Assembly (NCBI GenBank): GCA_963702895.1
Contig: OY969767.1
Span: 512,001-576,000, forward strand
DNA length: 64,000 bases
Source: an uncultured Elusimicrobia bacterium
GTDB lineage: Bacteria; Elusimicrobiota; Elusimicrobia; 2-01-FULL-59-12
Direction of reading: 5' to 3'
A model generated the notes under the pieces. That model saw only the letters and a program-made list of their open reading frames with translations, was not told the DNA's origin and made no database searches. A program made the translations under genes and the position numbers. Positions 46,194-55,820 of this stretch are shown here, in pieces. Positions within the stretch are counted from its first letter, which is position 1. Every line of letters starts with the position of its first letter.

Positions 46194-49100
46194 TCAGGGC
46201 TGGAGCATGGTCGGATAAAGAGCTCCACCTTCCTGAGTGCGTAAAGTAAAGCGACTGCCGAGGTCGGCCGCATCGGGCGGCACCGTCCCCTGGACGAGCG
46301 TCTTCGACCAGAAGGAGATCCCGGCGTCGCCGTGATTGCAGGGAATCGTTCCGGGCGGGTTGTCGTGGCAGGGTGCAGGATAAAACTGAAATGTTCCCGG
46401 AGTGTCGCCCAGCTCGCTGCCCTGAAGCGTAAATGTCTTGCCCGAGGATGTGGTCAGGCTCGGTGGCAGCGGTGCTGCTTGAAGCACAAAATCAGCCCGA
46501 TTGCTGGTGCCTCGCGTCGTTTCCACAAGGATCGATGCCAGACCGGCCGGGAAGGACGTGTTCAGGGCGGCGCGGATCAAGCGATCTGACCAGGACAGGA
46601 CGGGTATGGGCACGCTGTTGCAGCTCAGGCGCGACCCGTTTTGGGCCACGCCGAAATTCCATCCCTCCACCGTGAGGGTTTGGCCGGGCTGCGAAACACT
46701 GGGTGAGACTGAAAGAATCCCCGGTTTTCCATCGGAGGCGGCTTGCAGATCAAGGCCCTTGGCTTGCAAGAGCTCCTGGATCGCGACGGTCGGAGCGTGA
46801 TAATCCGCCGTCGAGTACTTGGACAATTTCCTCTCAAGGACATCGTAGGAATCATTCCCAAAGTTCGGAAGCGCTTCGTCATAACCGGCGTGTGCGACCC
46901 ATCCCCATGTGGAGGGGCTGTCATGGTGCTTGGAGGACCAGGAGGTCCAGCTCCATCCGCGCGAATTGAAACTGGTCAGATAATAATCCCAGATTGATTT
47001 CATGTTGAATCCGTAAAATTCGCCGATCATCAGCGGCACGTTGTAATCCGGCTGGGCGACCGCCGCTGCGGCCAGCTTCTGGTCGATGAACGCTTTATGC
47101 GAGTCGAAATTTTCGTCCGTGTTGATCCGGTTGCCCTCCGCATCGGTGTCATACCAGTGATACCAATGGAATTGGTACATCACATTGGTCCAGTGGCGCT
47201 GCTTCGGCGGCGGCAGGGTGTCCCAATCAACGTATTCCGGGTCCTTCTTCCTGGGCTTAGGATTGGTAAACCAGACGCCTTCCATCACGATCAGATGATG
47301 GGGGTCCACGCTGCGGATCGTACGGTAAAGTCGGTCGTACATGTTTGCCAGAGAGGCAATCCGCGGCGTCGCGCCGATGGGCTCATTGAGCAAATCGTAC
47401 CCCAGCACCCAGGGATTGTCCCGGTAATGGAGGGCGATCTCCTTCCAGAGCTGCTCGGTGCGTTTCCGGTAGAACTCCCCGCCGGAGGCGAAGAGCTGAT
47501 TAAACCCAGCGCGACCGGTCGTTGCCTCTGCGCTCTGGAGCCCCGGTGCTCCGTGCATGTCGAGCAGCGTGTAGATCCCGCGATCCGCGAGCGCGTTCAC
47601 CACCGCATCGAGTTGACGAAAGGTGTTCGGGTCGGAAGGCGGCGAGATCCACTTGCCGTTGTCATCCTGAAAATTGCGGTAATAGAACGGCAGCCGGACA
47701 AGCGTGATCCCCCGGTCAAGAAAGCGATCGAAATCGAAGGTATTCCCATAGCTCTGTTCATAGTGTCGCAACAGTTGTTCAGTTTTGGCGGCGCCGAATC
47801 GCGCGCCCAGACGTTCGCGAATGCTCCAGTCATCGGGAAGCGGTGGGGTGTCGCCGTTGCCCAGCCCGGTCATCCAGGGTTCAATCACGAAGGCGCCCCC
47901 GAGATTGACGCCACTGAGCACAAGCGTGTCGCCGGTCCCGTTGGCATCTTTGATGACGGTTCCGGTCGAGCGGACGAAGTTTTCACCAGGGGCGTACACC
48001 TGCGGGCGGCTCCAGGGCGTCAGCGTGTTGACGACGCCGCCCGTTTCGCTGATTCCTCGAATGCGATACCACGTCCGGAGTTCCGCCTTGAGCGGAAAGA
48101 AAGGAACGCCGCCTTTGTGCACGCGGGTCCACGGTCCTGATTTGGCCGGCGCCTTCTCGACTTCGTAAAGATCCGTTTGCGAAACGGCGGTCCACGTCAG
48201 AGATCCCTGCGCCAGGCGGTTGTAGGTGAGCACCACGGCTGGTGGAAGATACTCCGTCACATCCGACCAGTCCGAGGTGTAAGGCAGACTGTTGCGATCT
48301 TGAAAGGCCTCCTCCCAGCGCACGCGCAGCCAAGATTTGGAGAGGCGCGTGGTTCGGAAGCTGGTCTGGGGGCCGCTGAAGATCGTTTTCCAGGGACCTT
48401 CCGGGCCGCTCAGGCTTTCCTGCAAGCGGTAGCGGGCGGCGCCGGGCACAGGCCTCCACTCGATCATGCCCCGTGCAAAGGAGGATTCCAGAATTTTCGT
48501 CTGAGGCCCTGCGGCGCGAATATCATCCAGGAAATAAGTGCCCGGCCAGTAGGCTTGGAACTGGATTTTGTTGATGTCGCGAAGGTTCAGATCCGGCGCT
48601 TGTGTTCGCAAATCGCTGAAGAGCACCGTGAGCCGCGACCATCGGCCGACCGTGGCGGCTGTCTTGGTCCACACTTGAACCTTGGTGTCATCCGTGAAAT
48701 GGGCGCCATTGTCATAGAATTGAACCCCGATGTTATTGTCCATCGCGTTTTCCGGAAGCCCATACATCCAGAAAGTCAGGCGGTCGTTGTTGTCCGGATC
48801 GAGGTCCACAGACCAGAAGCTCTGCTCTGCCGTCCCATTTTTGTTGACATAGCGCTTATCCTGGGATTGAATGCCGGTCCCGCCCCATCGAGCGGTGGAG
48901 AGCAGCTTCCAAGAATGCCGGCCATCATAAGACGGCTCGCTGGCCGTCGAAACGGCCACGGTGTCGTTCGAATTCCACTTCCAGCCGTACTCATGCTCGG
49001 CGGATCCGCTGCGCTCCTCTGGTTCGAACGCCTGGTACACGCGGTCTTCTCTGACGGCATGAATGTCGTCGAAATAATAGCGGCCGGGCCAGTAATTCTT

Positions 49101-49622
49101 AAACTCCACCCGGACCACCTGCCGCAGGTTGAAGTCGGGCGGGAGCTGACTGAAGAGGACTTTGAGCTTGCTCCACTGTCCGTAGCGCGCCGTCTGGGTT
49201 GTCCACACCTCAAACCCGTGGACGCGGTAGTTGGATTGGTCATAGAAGGTGACGCCGACATTGTTGTCAGTACCGGGCTCGCATCCCACGATGGTGCAGT
49301 TGCGGTTGGGGAGCGCATAGATCCAGAAGGTGAGGCGGTCGTTGTTGACCCCTTTCAAATCGGTATTGCCTCCGTTCACTTGGCCCATCACGCCGAAGCC
49401 GGTCCAATAATCCGCGCTGGAGGCTTTGACCGCCTTGACCCCGAGATGAACGGCTTCGGCCCGGTCAACGATCAGGACGGTCGCGCTTCCGACAGGATTG
49501 AGCACTGGTGGTGCGCCGTTGTCTGGCTCAAAATTCTGAAAGATTAATCCAGCCGACGCTGGCGTCGTGACGGCCATGACGAGGGAAACGATCAGAAGGT
49601 GGTTGAAATTCTTGAAGTTCAT
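46194..49622 (-). CDS. Secreted multidomain glycoside hydrolase family 5 (tandem CBM-like domains, Fn3-like, GH5, IPT/TIG)
   Basis: Signal peptide after ATG 49622 (AAGGA RBS); GVNLGG....EPWM, DMHGAPG.Q, YDLLNEP, IGEF; duplicated NNDRLTFW domain. Confidence 0.85.
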   Translation of the reverse strand: MNFKNFNHLLIVSLVMAVTTPASAGLIFQNFEPDNGAPPVLNPVGSATVLIVDRAEAVHLGVKAVKASSADYWTGFGVMGQVNGGNTDLKGVNNDRLTFWIYALPNRNCTIVGCEPGTDNNVGVTFYDQSNYRVHGFEVWTTQTARYGQWSKLKVLFSQLPPDFNLRQVVRVEFKNYWPGRYYFDDIHAVREDRVYQAFEPEERSGSAEHEYGWKWNSNDTVAVSTASEPSYDGRHSWKLLSTARWGGTGIQSQDKRYVNKNGTAEQSFWSVDLDPDNNDRLTFWMYGLPENAMDNNIGVQFYDNGAHFTDDTKVQVWTKTAATVGRWSRLTVLFSDLRTQAPDLNLRDINKIQFQAYWPGTYFLDDIRAAGPQTKILESSFARGMIEWRPVPGAARYRLQESLSGPEGPWKTIFSGPQTSFRTTRLSKSWLRVRWEEAFQDRNSLPYTSDWSDVTEYLPPAVVLTYNRLAQGSLTWTAVSQTDLYEVEKAPAKSGPWTRVHKGGVPFFPLKAELRTWYRIRGISETGGVVNTLTPWSRPQVYAPGENFVRSTGTVIKDANGTGDTLVLSGVNLGGAFVIEPWMTGLGNGDTPPLPDDWSIRERLGARFGAAKTEQLLRHYEQSYGNTFDFDRFLDRGITLVRLPFYYRNFQDDNGKWISPPSDPNTFRQLDAVVNALADRGIYTLLDMHGAPGLQSAEATTGRAGFNQLFASGGEFYRKRTEQLWKEIALHYRDNPWVLGYDLLNEPIGATPRIASLANMYDRLYRTIRSVDPHHLIVMEGVWFTNPKPRKKDPEYVDWDTLPPPKQRHWTNVMYQFHWYHWYDTDAEGNRINTDENFDSHKAFIDQKLAAAAVAQPDYNVPLMIGEFYGFNMKSIWDYYLTSFNSRGWSWTSWSSKHHDSPSTWGWVAHAGYDEALPNFGNDSYDVLERKLSKYSTADYHAPTVAIQELLQAKGLDLQAASDGKPGILSVSPSVSQPGQTLTVEGWNFGVAQNGSRLSCNSVPIPVLSWSDRLIRAALNTSFPAGLASILVETTRGTSNRADFVLQAAPLPPSLTTSSGKTFTLQGSELGDTPGTFQFYPAPCHDNPPGTIPCNHGDAGISFWSKTLVQGTVPPDAADLGSRFTLRTQEGGALYPTMLQP

Positions 49623-49883
49623 AAAGTTCCTTTCGCTGCCTGTGAACATGGGCAATCTGCTTGGGCAGACAAACGTATCGAAGTTGGCAACGGCCCAAAA
49701 ATATCCTGTTGAACAAACAAATGTGATTTTCATTTTATGTTGGCGTTCGCTTGTTGCCAAGAGGCCTTCCGGCTCAATAGGCGTGGGTGAATCGGTCTGG
49801 GTCCAACGGTCCCCGAGAGCCGGGTCTCCCCATCCTCTGGGACTTTGGACTGGAGCTCCTTAGTATAATCAAGAGAGAAATAA

Positions 49884-50333
49884 ATGAATTTATCGAGCAA
49901 CAAGGGCGTTACCGCCCTCGAGACGGTGCTGGCTGTGGCGATTCTATCCTGGGTCGGGCTGGTGATCAGCGAGGTTTTTACCAGAACCTATCGCATGGCG
50001 GACAACAACCTGCAAGCGTCTAAGGCGTTTGCCTTGGGCGAGATGGCGCTGGAACAGTACAACGCCTATGCCGCTCTCAGCGCTGAGCGCCTGCCGTCCT
50101 TCGACAAGACTCGCGCAAAACCGCGCGAATTCTTTGGTACGAACGATGATTTCGGATATGACCGTCTTCGCCTCACGACGCGTGCGGATCCCATCCCGGA
50201 GGAGTCGCTCACCCAGGTGACGATTCGCATCAGCTGGGGAAGCGGTCTGTTCGCCCCCGTATTGACATTTACAAAAATCTATCCGCATTGGATGAGCGGT
50301 GAATCAAGCGATCTTCACGCACGTGGGATATAG
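49884..50333 (+). CDS. Pilin-like protein (PilV-like)
   Basis: KG-VTALETVLAVAIL; VTIRISW. Confidence 0.7.
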   Translation: MNLSSNKGVTALETVLAVAILSWVGLVISEVFTRTYRMADNNLQASKAFALGEMALEQYNAYAALSAERLPSFDKTRAKPREFFGTNDDFGYDRLRLTTRADPIPEESLTQVTIRISWGSGLFAPVLTFTKIYPHWMSGESSDLHARGI

Positions 50334-50889
50334 CCACTGCCCAGGCGCCACACGTCTGGCCACGTCGGTTCGATATCAACGAGGCGTGACCCTCATCGAG
50401 ATCCTCCTGTTCGGGTCTATTTCGGCGACGTTACTCTTGTGGCTCAGCTCCTGGCTGACGAAGCCAACCCTGATCCAGCAGCAGATGCTGGCGACGTTTG
50501 AAGAGCGGGAGGCTTTGCGCTTGACCGACGCCCTGGTGAATGATTTGAAACAGATGATTCCGGGCACCCTTCGCCTGGAGAGTTCCACAGGCCAAGGGCC
50601 GCTCACTTTTCAGATCGCGGGACCCGCAACCCCGCCGGGGGAAAGCCCCGGAACGCCGGTTACGATTCGCTACAGCTATGAACCTCCGACACCGGGTTTG
50701 AGCGGGTCATGGACTCGCATCGTTGATGGCACGCCGACCGTCGTTCTGAACGGACTCGAGCCGCCGATGCCCATGGAACCTATGATTCAACAGGATCCAG
50801 CCCTCCGAATCATCACGATGAGTCTCCGATTGAAAATGATGAACGGGAAACCCTTGCGTGTGGTGCGCCGTGTGGCCGTCCCGAATTAA
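50299..50889 (+). CDS. Pilin-like protein (PilW-like)
   Basis: RG-VTLIEILL; L.NDLKQ; start uncertain. Confidence 0.7.
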   Translation: MNQAIFTHVGYSHCPGATRLATSVRYQRGVTLIEILLFGSISATLLLWLSSWLTKPTLIQQQMLATFEEREALRLTDALVNDLKQMIPGTLRLESSTGQGPLTFQIAGPATPPGESPGTPVTIRYSYEPPTPGLSGSWTRIVDGTPTVVLNGLEPPMPMEPMIQQDPALRIITMSLRLKMMNGKPLRVVRRVAVPN

Positions 50890-52129
50890 CTCCGAGCGTG
50901 GTGGGGCGCTCATCGCGACGACCGTCATCAGTGTCCTCATGCTGGGACTGCTCGTTTGGTATCTCTCGCAGGCCAGTCTGACGGCGAGGCTGCAAACCCA
51001 TGAGCACTCCGCGGTGGTCGCCCTCCACTATGCGGAAACCGGGCTGCTGCTGGCCGAACAGGCGCTTCAATCTCCCAGCGTGCTGGCGGGGACAGGCACG
51101 GTGACGGAATCGCGTGAAATGCCGAATGGCCGCTGCGCCTATACCCTCTTCAGGTCATCGCCTCTCAAGGAGGATCCGAGCGGGGTCAACCCCTTCCAAC
51201 AAGTGTTGGTCGATGCGTATGCGACGGGATATTTCTATTTGGGCCAAGGCGCGGTGGTCGATCCCACCAATGGGCGTGCTGCGCAGTTGGCCGTTCTACG
51301 GGCCAAGATTGGCTTTCAGGCCGCCGGTAGTTTTCTTGTCGCTTCTCCCGGCCGCCTGCGGGTCGCCCAAGGAACGACCGCTCATTATGGCCCGATGTAC
51401 GCGCGCGAACTGATCTTCGCTCAGGATCCTGACCCTCTTCAACTCAACACCGTTATCGACGGGGCCTTTTTCGGGGACACGGTCAAACGCCATGACGGTT
51501 TCTTCGAGCCTTCCCCTGACTATGTTATTTTTGATTCGACCGGCGGCGCTCAACCCATTGGCACGATTCCTCACTTTCCGGCTCTTGGTGGGACCATCAG
51601 GGCTTATTACAAATCCCTGGCGGCCAGCGAAGGCAGCCGGCTGGCGGACGGAGCGAGCCTTGACGGGCGCACAGCGCCTCCCATCAACAACCCCTTCCCG
51701 ATCTATTACTGCCAAGGGGACCTGCATCTCGGCCGGGTGATGGGATTTGAGCCTGCCCGGAATATGATCGTTTACGTCGAGGGTGATTTGTTCATCCACA
51801 ACTCCATGCGCGAAGTGAGCCATTCGTGGGCGGCGTTTCTGGTCGAAAAAGATATTCGATTGGAAGTGTCTGCATCGGCTGCAGAGTTACTCTTGAGAGG
51901 GACCTTTATGGCCAACGGTGCTCTGCGATGGGACGGGAGTCAACCGCCTTCCAGGTCGTTCACCATCAGTCTCACCGGGAGTTTGCTCGCCGGAAAGGGC
52001 TTCGATGAATTCGCCGGCAGGACTCCCATGAAATTCATCCGCTGGCAGGTCGATGACGCCATCCTTCCGCTTCCTCGCTTGACCCAGCTGCTGGAGACTG
52101 AAATCGTGAAGGGCAAATACCGGCGATAA
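50858..52129 (+). CDS. PilX-like protein
   Basis: RG-GALIATTVISVLML; A.HYAETGL; VYVEGDLFI. Confidence 0.65.
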   Translation: MWCAVWPSRINSERGGALIATTVISVLMLGLLVWYLSQASLTARLQTHEHSAVVALHYAETGLLLAEQALQSPSVLAGTGTVTESREMPNGRCAYTLFRSSPLKEDPSGVNPFQQVLVDAYATGYFYLGQGAVVDPTNGRAAQLAVLRAKIGFQAAGSFLVASPGRLRVAQGTTAHYGPMYARELIFAQDPDPLQLNTVIDGAFFGDTVKRHDGFFEPSPDYVIFDSTGGAQPIGTIPHFPALGGTIRAYYKSLAASEGSRLADGASLDGRTAPPINNPFPIYYCQGDLHLGRVMGFEPARNMIVYVEGDLFIHNSMREVSHSWAAFLVEKDIRLEVSASAAELLLRGTFMANGALRWDGSQPPSRSFTISLTGSLLAGKGFDEFAGRTPMKFIRWQVDDAILPLPRLTQLLETEIVKGKYRR

Positions 52130-52230
52130 ACGGCCATCTCGTAAGCGCCTCAACAAGTTAGACGTCCTGGTTGAACGGGTTGGTCTCACCGGCGGCCCGC
52201 CGGAGGCGAGATCCGCCATGGGCGACTCGC

Positions 52231-52590
52231 TTAGGCTGCTTGATTCGATTGGTCGATCTCGTAGGCGGCCGCGTCACGCAACATGCGGGCCGTCACGAAG
52301 TGTTCGAGGTCTCTGTACAGGGTGATGCTCGGCCATTGGGGGCCATTTTCGGGCTTGCCGCGGAACGTCAAGTGGACGACGGCGAATTCGGCGATCGGGT
52401 GACCTTTGAGCTGAAACAGAATGTCGTCCGCGTGGCAGGTGCGCCCCACGGCTTTCACTCGCACGCCGTATAGAGGATGGTCGAGACTCACTTCCATGCG
52501 AAGCTCGTTCTCATAGGCTTCGCGCCCGCGCTCGGAGACGGGCACCCAGGGATCTATCCACGGAAAATCTTTGAAGTTCTTCGCGTCCAC
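52231..52590 (-). CDS. Hypothetical protein
   Basis: 119-aa ORF; EL..EV..HPLYG, DDILF, VVHLTF. Confidence 0.65.
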   Translation of the reverse strand: MDAKNFKDFPWIDPWVPVSERGREAYENELRMEVSLDHPLYGVRVKAVGRTCHADDILFQLKGHPIAEFAVVHLTFRGKPENGPQWPSITLYRDLEHFVTARMLRDAAAYEIDQSNQAA

Positions 52591-52660
52591 CTTAGGGCAA
52601 GCTTACCCGAAGCCGGCAAAATATCAAGAGGAAATTTGATAACATAACCGCCGTCTCGCC

Positions 52661-52879
52661 GTGCAAGGAACTCCCAACATGTGGCGGCATCTCTACGCAG
52701 GCACAAGCCTGGCGCTCACGATCCTTTCCGGCACCTTTGTTGGGATTTGGATGGACCGTCACTGGCATTTCGGACCCTGGGGAACGCTGCTCGGCGTGTT
52801 TGTGGGAATTGGCGCGGGACTCTATAATTTTATCCGGGAATTTTCACATGAGTCTGAAAAGAACGATCGCGGGTCTTAG
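52661..52879 (+). CDS. AtpZ/AtpI family protein
   Basis: G.W.D..W...PWG.LLG..G...G.Y; first gene of the atp operon. Confidence 0.85.
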   Translation: MQGTPNMWRHLYAGTSLALTILSGTFVGIWMDRHWHFGPWGTLLGVFVGIGAGLYNFIREFSHESEKNDRGS

Positions 52880-53207
52880 CTCGCTTGCCCTTGCCACGGC
52901 CCTTTTGGCGTTCCTCTCGAAGGCCTTTCACCCGTCCGGCTTTGCATGGACGGCATTCTTGCTTCTGGTCGCTGGATTTCAAAGCATGGTGGCCTTTGGG
53001 GGTCTGGGATGGGCGCTGGAGCGGCCTGGCAAAGCTTTTTTTTCCATTTTTGTGGGCGATGCTCTCTTGAAGCTCGTCTGGCTGGGTTTTGCGGTTTACT
53101 GGCTTGGGTCACGTTCGATGCCGTACGCGGCGCCGCTTCTTTCTCTCGGGTATGCCTATTTGCTTTTGTCGATTGTTCAAATCCCATTCTTTCACAGGGC
53201 AAGGTAA
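52848..53207 (+). CDS. ATP synthase I-like four-TM membrane protein
   Basis: Hydrophobic ORF between the AtpZ/AtpI gene and atpB, stop overlaps the atpB start. Confidence 0.7.
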   Translation: MSLKRTIAGLSSLALATALLAFLSKAFHPSGFAWTAFLLLVAGFQSMVAFGGLGWALERPGKAFFSIFVGDALLKLVWLGFAVYWLGSRSMPYAAPLLSLGYAYLLLSIVQIPFFHRAR

Positions 53208-53956
53208 TGGACTTTGTCGAGATCCTCGAACATCACCTCCTGGACCATCCAATCGCGCCACTCTTTACCGTAGGAAAACTCACCTTCTACCTCACCAAAC
53301 ATAATCTGATGATGGTGATCGCGAGCGTGCTCCTCTTGTGTCTGTTGCTCTTCGCCCGCCGGCAGTCCGGCAAGATCAGCACCGGGTGGGCCAATTTCTT
53401 TGAGGTGTTCATCGTCTATCTCCGCGATGAGATCGTGCGGCCGAATCTTGGTGAGGCGGGCGATAAATATCTCTCCTATTTTCTGACCCTCTTCTTTTTT
53501 ATTCTCTTTTGCAATCTGCTGGGTCTGGTTCCCTATGGCGCGACGGCGACCGGCAATATCGCGGTCACCGCGGCCATGGCCATGATGACGTTTCTCTTGA
53601 TCAACGTTGCTGGGGTTCGGGAACTGGGTTTTGTTCATTACGTCCAGACTTACATTCCTCGCGGTCTCCCGTTTTGGCTCGTGCCGCTCGTGTTTTTGAT
53701 TGAAATCCTCGGGCTCTTCACGAAATCCTTTGCTTTGTGCATTCGTCTTTTCGCGAACATGATCGCCGGCCATATTGTGATTTTGGCCTTTGTCGCGCTC
53801 ATCTTTATCTTCAAGTCGATCTTGATCGCGCCCATCTCCATTGCCGCCGCGGTGGGACTGGGGCTGCTCGAGCTTTTTGTCGCTTTTTTGCAGGCGTATG
53901 TCTTTACGTTGTTGACGGCTGTATTTGTCGGAGGAGCTGTAAACCCTCAACACTGA
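53207..53956 (+). CDS. atpB: ATP synthase F0 subunit a
   Basis: LCIRLFANMIAGH, LELFVAFLQAYVFTLL. Confidence 0.96.
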   Translation: MDFVEILEHHLLDHPIAPLFTVGKLTFYLTKHNLMMVIASVLLLCLLLFARRQSGKISTGWANFFEVFIVYLRDEIVRPNLGEAGDKYLSYFLTLFFFILFCNLLGLVPYGATATGNIAVTAAMAMMTFLLINVAGVRELGFVHYVQTYIPRGLPFWLVPLVFLIEILGLFTKSFALCIRLFANMIAGHIVILAFVALIFIFKSILIAPISIAAAVGLGLLELFVAFLQAYVFTLLTAVFVGGAVNPQH

Positions 53957-53962
53957 AGAGCT

Positions 53963-54035
53963 CCTTCCCCCTTGATGGGGGAAGGTGGGGATGGGGGTGT
54001 CCCCCCACCTCAGTCCTCCCCCACGAGGGGGGAGG
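53963..54035. repeat. Family B-related double hairpin between atpB and atpE
   Basis: ccttcccccttgatgggggaagg ... cctcccccacgaggggggagg. Confidence 0.8.
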
Positions 54036-54107
54036 AAGGATAAGTTGAGGAGGTCGGACCCAGGGCGGACGGCAAAGCACCTGGAATGAACATAAAGGAG
54101 ACACCCC

Positions 54108-54395
54108 ATGCTACACATCGGACTAGGTTATTTAGGCGTGACGCTTGGCGCGGGAGTCTGTATGCTCGCGGCCGCAGGCGGAATCTCGAAGCTGGCGAGC
54201 GCCGCCCTTGAAGGCACCGCACGTCAGCCGGAAGCGGCAGGAAACCTGCGGACCTCGATGCTGATCCCTGCGGCCTTGATTGAAGGCCTTGGGTTCTTTG
54301 CTCTGGTCATCTGTCTGCTCGCCGGGCTGGCCATCAACGGCGCTGTCTCGAAGGGCGCCAGCGAAGCAGTGCCAGCGGCCACTTCAAGTCACTAG
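54108..54395 (+). CDS. atpE: ATP synthase F0 subunit c
   Basis: ARQPE loop, AALIEG; AAGGAG RBS. Confidence 0.95.
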   Translation: MLHIGLGYLGVTLGAGVCMLAAAGGISKLASAALEGTARQPEAAGNLRTSMLIPAALIEGLGFFALVICLLAGLAINGAVSKGASEAVPAATSSH

Positions 54396-54412
54396 ATCTT
54401 GACACAAATCCC

Positions 54413-54508
54413 CCTTCTCCCGACACAAGGTCGGGAGAAGGTCGGGATGAGGGCAAGTGTTACAATTCTGCCCTCACCCTCCCCTCTCCCACCTGCGGCG
54501 GGAGAGGG
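54413..54508. repeat. Family B doublet between atpE and atpF
   Basis: ccttctcccgacacaaggtcgggagaagg..gggatgaggg ... ccctcaccc..ctctccc..gggagaggg. Confidence 0.87.
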
Positions 54509-54530
54509 AGTCGACTAAAGGAACTGTGAT

Positions 54531-55031
54531 ATGGAAAACCTCTTAAAACCCGACACGGGCCTCATGATATGGACGATCGTGATTTTTACGCTCCTTGTCC
54601 TTCTCTTAGGCAAGGTCGCCTGGAAACCGCTGCTCACGGCGCTTAAAGAGCGCGAAGACGGCATTCGCAAAGCGATCGAAGACGCTGCCTCCGCCAGGCA
54701 GTCGGCAGACGCGCTGAAGACCCAGTATGAGCAGGAACTTGTGCGGGCCCAGGACAAGGCCGCTGACATCCTGGCTCAGACAAAGGTCGAGGCACAACAA
54801 CTTCGTGATCAGATGATGAAAGATGCCGAAGCACAATCCCATCGGATGCTGGAGCAAACCAAGCGCCAATTGGATGATGAAAAGGTGAAGATCACGCAGG
54901 AGCTTAAGCAGGAAGTCGCGGGTCTCTCCGTGCGCGTGGCGGAAAAGCTCTTGCGTCACGCCATGAACGCCAAAGAGCAGGAGGCGCTGGTGGCGGGGTT
55001 TGTGAAGGAGTTGGAGAAGGAGAATAACTGA
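54531..55031 (+). CDS. atpF: ATP synthase F0 subunit b
   Basis: PDTGLMIWT..F..L..LL.K.AWKP...L.ERE coiled coil. Confidence 0.95.
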   Translation: MENLLKPDTGLMIWTIVIFTLLVLLLGKVAWKPLLTALKEREDGIRKAIEDAASARQSADALKTQYEQELVRAQDKAADILAQTKVEAQQLRDQMMKDAEAQSHRMLEQTKRQLDDEKVKITQELKQEVAGLSVRVAEKLLRHAMNAKEQEALVAGFVKELEKENN

Positions 55032-55043
55032 CGGGCGCAGCCC

Positions 55044-55153
55044 GTCACCCCGGCGTGTCGTAAGCCGGGGTCCACGGATGAAAAATATAGACATGATGGA
55101 TCCCCCGCTTACGACCGCGGGGGATGACGTCAAATGCGGCATGCCGGGATGAC
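55044..55153. repeat. Family A doublet (55044-55128) plus an extra partial right arm, between atpF and atpH
   Basis: gtcaccccggcgtgtcgtaagccggggtccac ... atggatcccccgcttacgaccgcgggggatgac ... ggcatgccgggatgac. Confidence 0.9.
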
Positions 55154-55164
55154 AAGCAGGGACT

Positions 55165-55701
55165 ATGAAGAACCTCGTCGTTGCAAGAAAATACGCCCAG
55201 GCGCTCTTCGCTGAGGTGCAGTCAAAAAATGAGCTCCAGGCCGTGCAGCAAGGGCTTGAGGAGTTTGTGCGCGTGGCGCGTTTCAAAGCAGAACTCAAGC
55301 AGGTGCTGGCGCACCCTTTTATTGATCTGGCAGAAAAGAAGAACGTGATTCATGCCGTTTTGGGGGGCTCCGCCATGCCGGTTCTGGAAAAGTTTCTCAT
55401 GCTTCTGGTTTCGCGGCGCAGACTCGACCAGTTGTACCCGATCGCCTTGGAGTTTAAGACGCTCGTCGGCCTATGGATGAAAGTGCAGTCGCTGAGCGTC
55501 ACGACGGCTTTTGCGCTCTCTGACACTCAGCAAAAGCTTTTACAGGAAAAGCTCGAGAAATGGTGTTCTTCCAAGGTGCATATGGACGTGCAGGTGGACG
55601 AGTCTCTCATCGGGGGGCTTGTCGTTCAGAGCCGTGACTATGTGCTGGACCAGAGTTTGAAAGGACAACTCAAGAAGCTCGAGCAACAATTGACGGCCTA
55701 G
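55165..55701 (+). CDS. atpH: ATP synthase F1 subunit delta
   Basis: VARKYAQALF, VDESLIGG, D.SLKGQL. Confidence 0.94.
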   Translation: MKNLVVARKYAQALFAEVQSKNELQAVQQGLEEFVRVARFKAELKQVLAHPFIDLAEKKNVIHAVLGGSAMPVLEKFLMLLVSRRRLDQLYPIALEFKTLVGLWMKVQSLSVTTAFALSDTQQKLLQEKLEKWCSSKVHMDVQVDESLIGGLVVQSRDYVLDQSLKGQLKKLEQQLTA

Positions 55702-55707
55702 TTGGCC

Positions 55708-55795
55708 GTCATCCCCCACGGGTGTAAGTGGGGGATCCATCGTTTCTGAAGTTGAAATCGTGATAGATCCCCCGCTGACGGCCGCGGGGGATGAC
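55708..55795. repeat. Family A doublet between atpH and atpA
   Basis: gtcatcccccacgggtgtaagtgggggatccatc ... gatagatcccccgctgacggccgcgggggatgac. Confidence 0.9.
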
Positions 55796-55820
55796 ATCAG
55801 AAAATATTTGGGAGTGAAAT

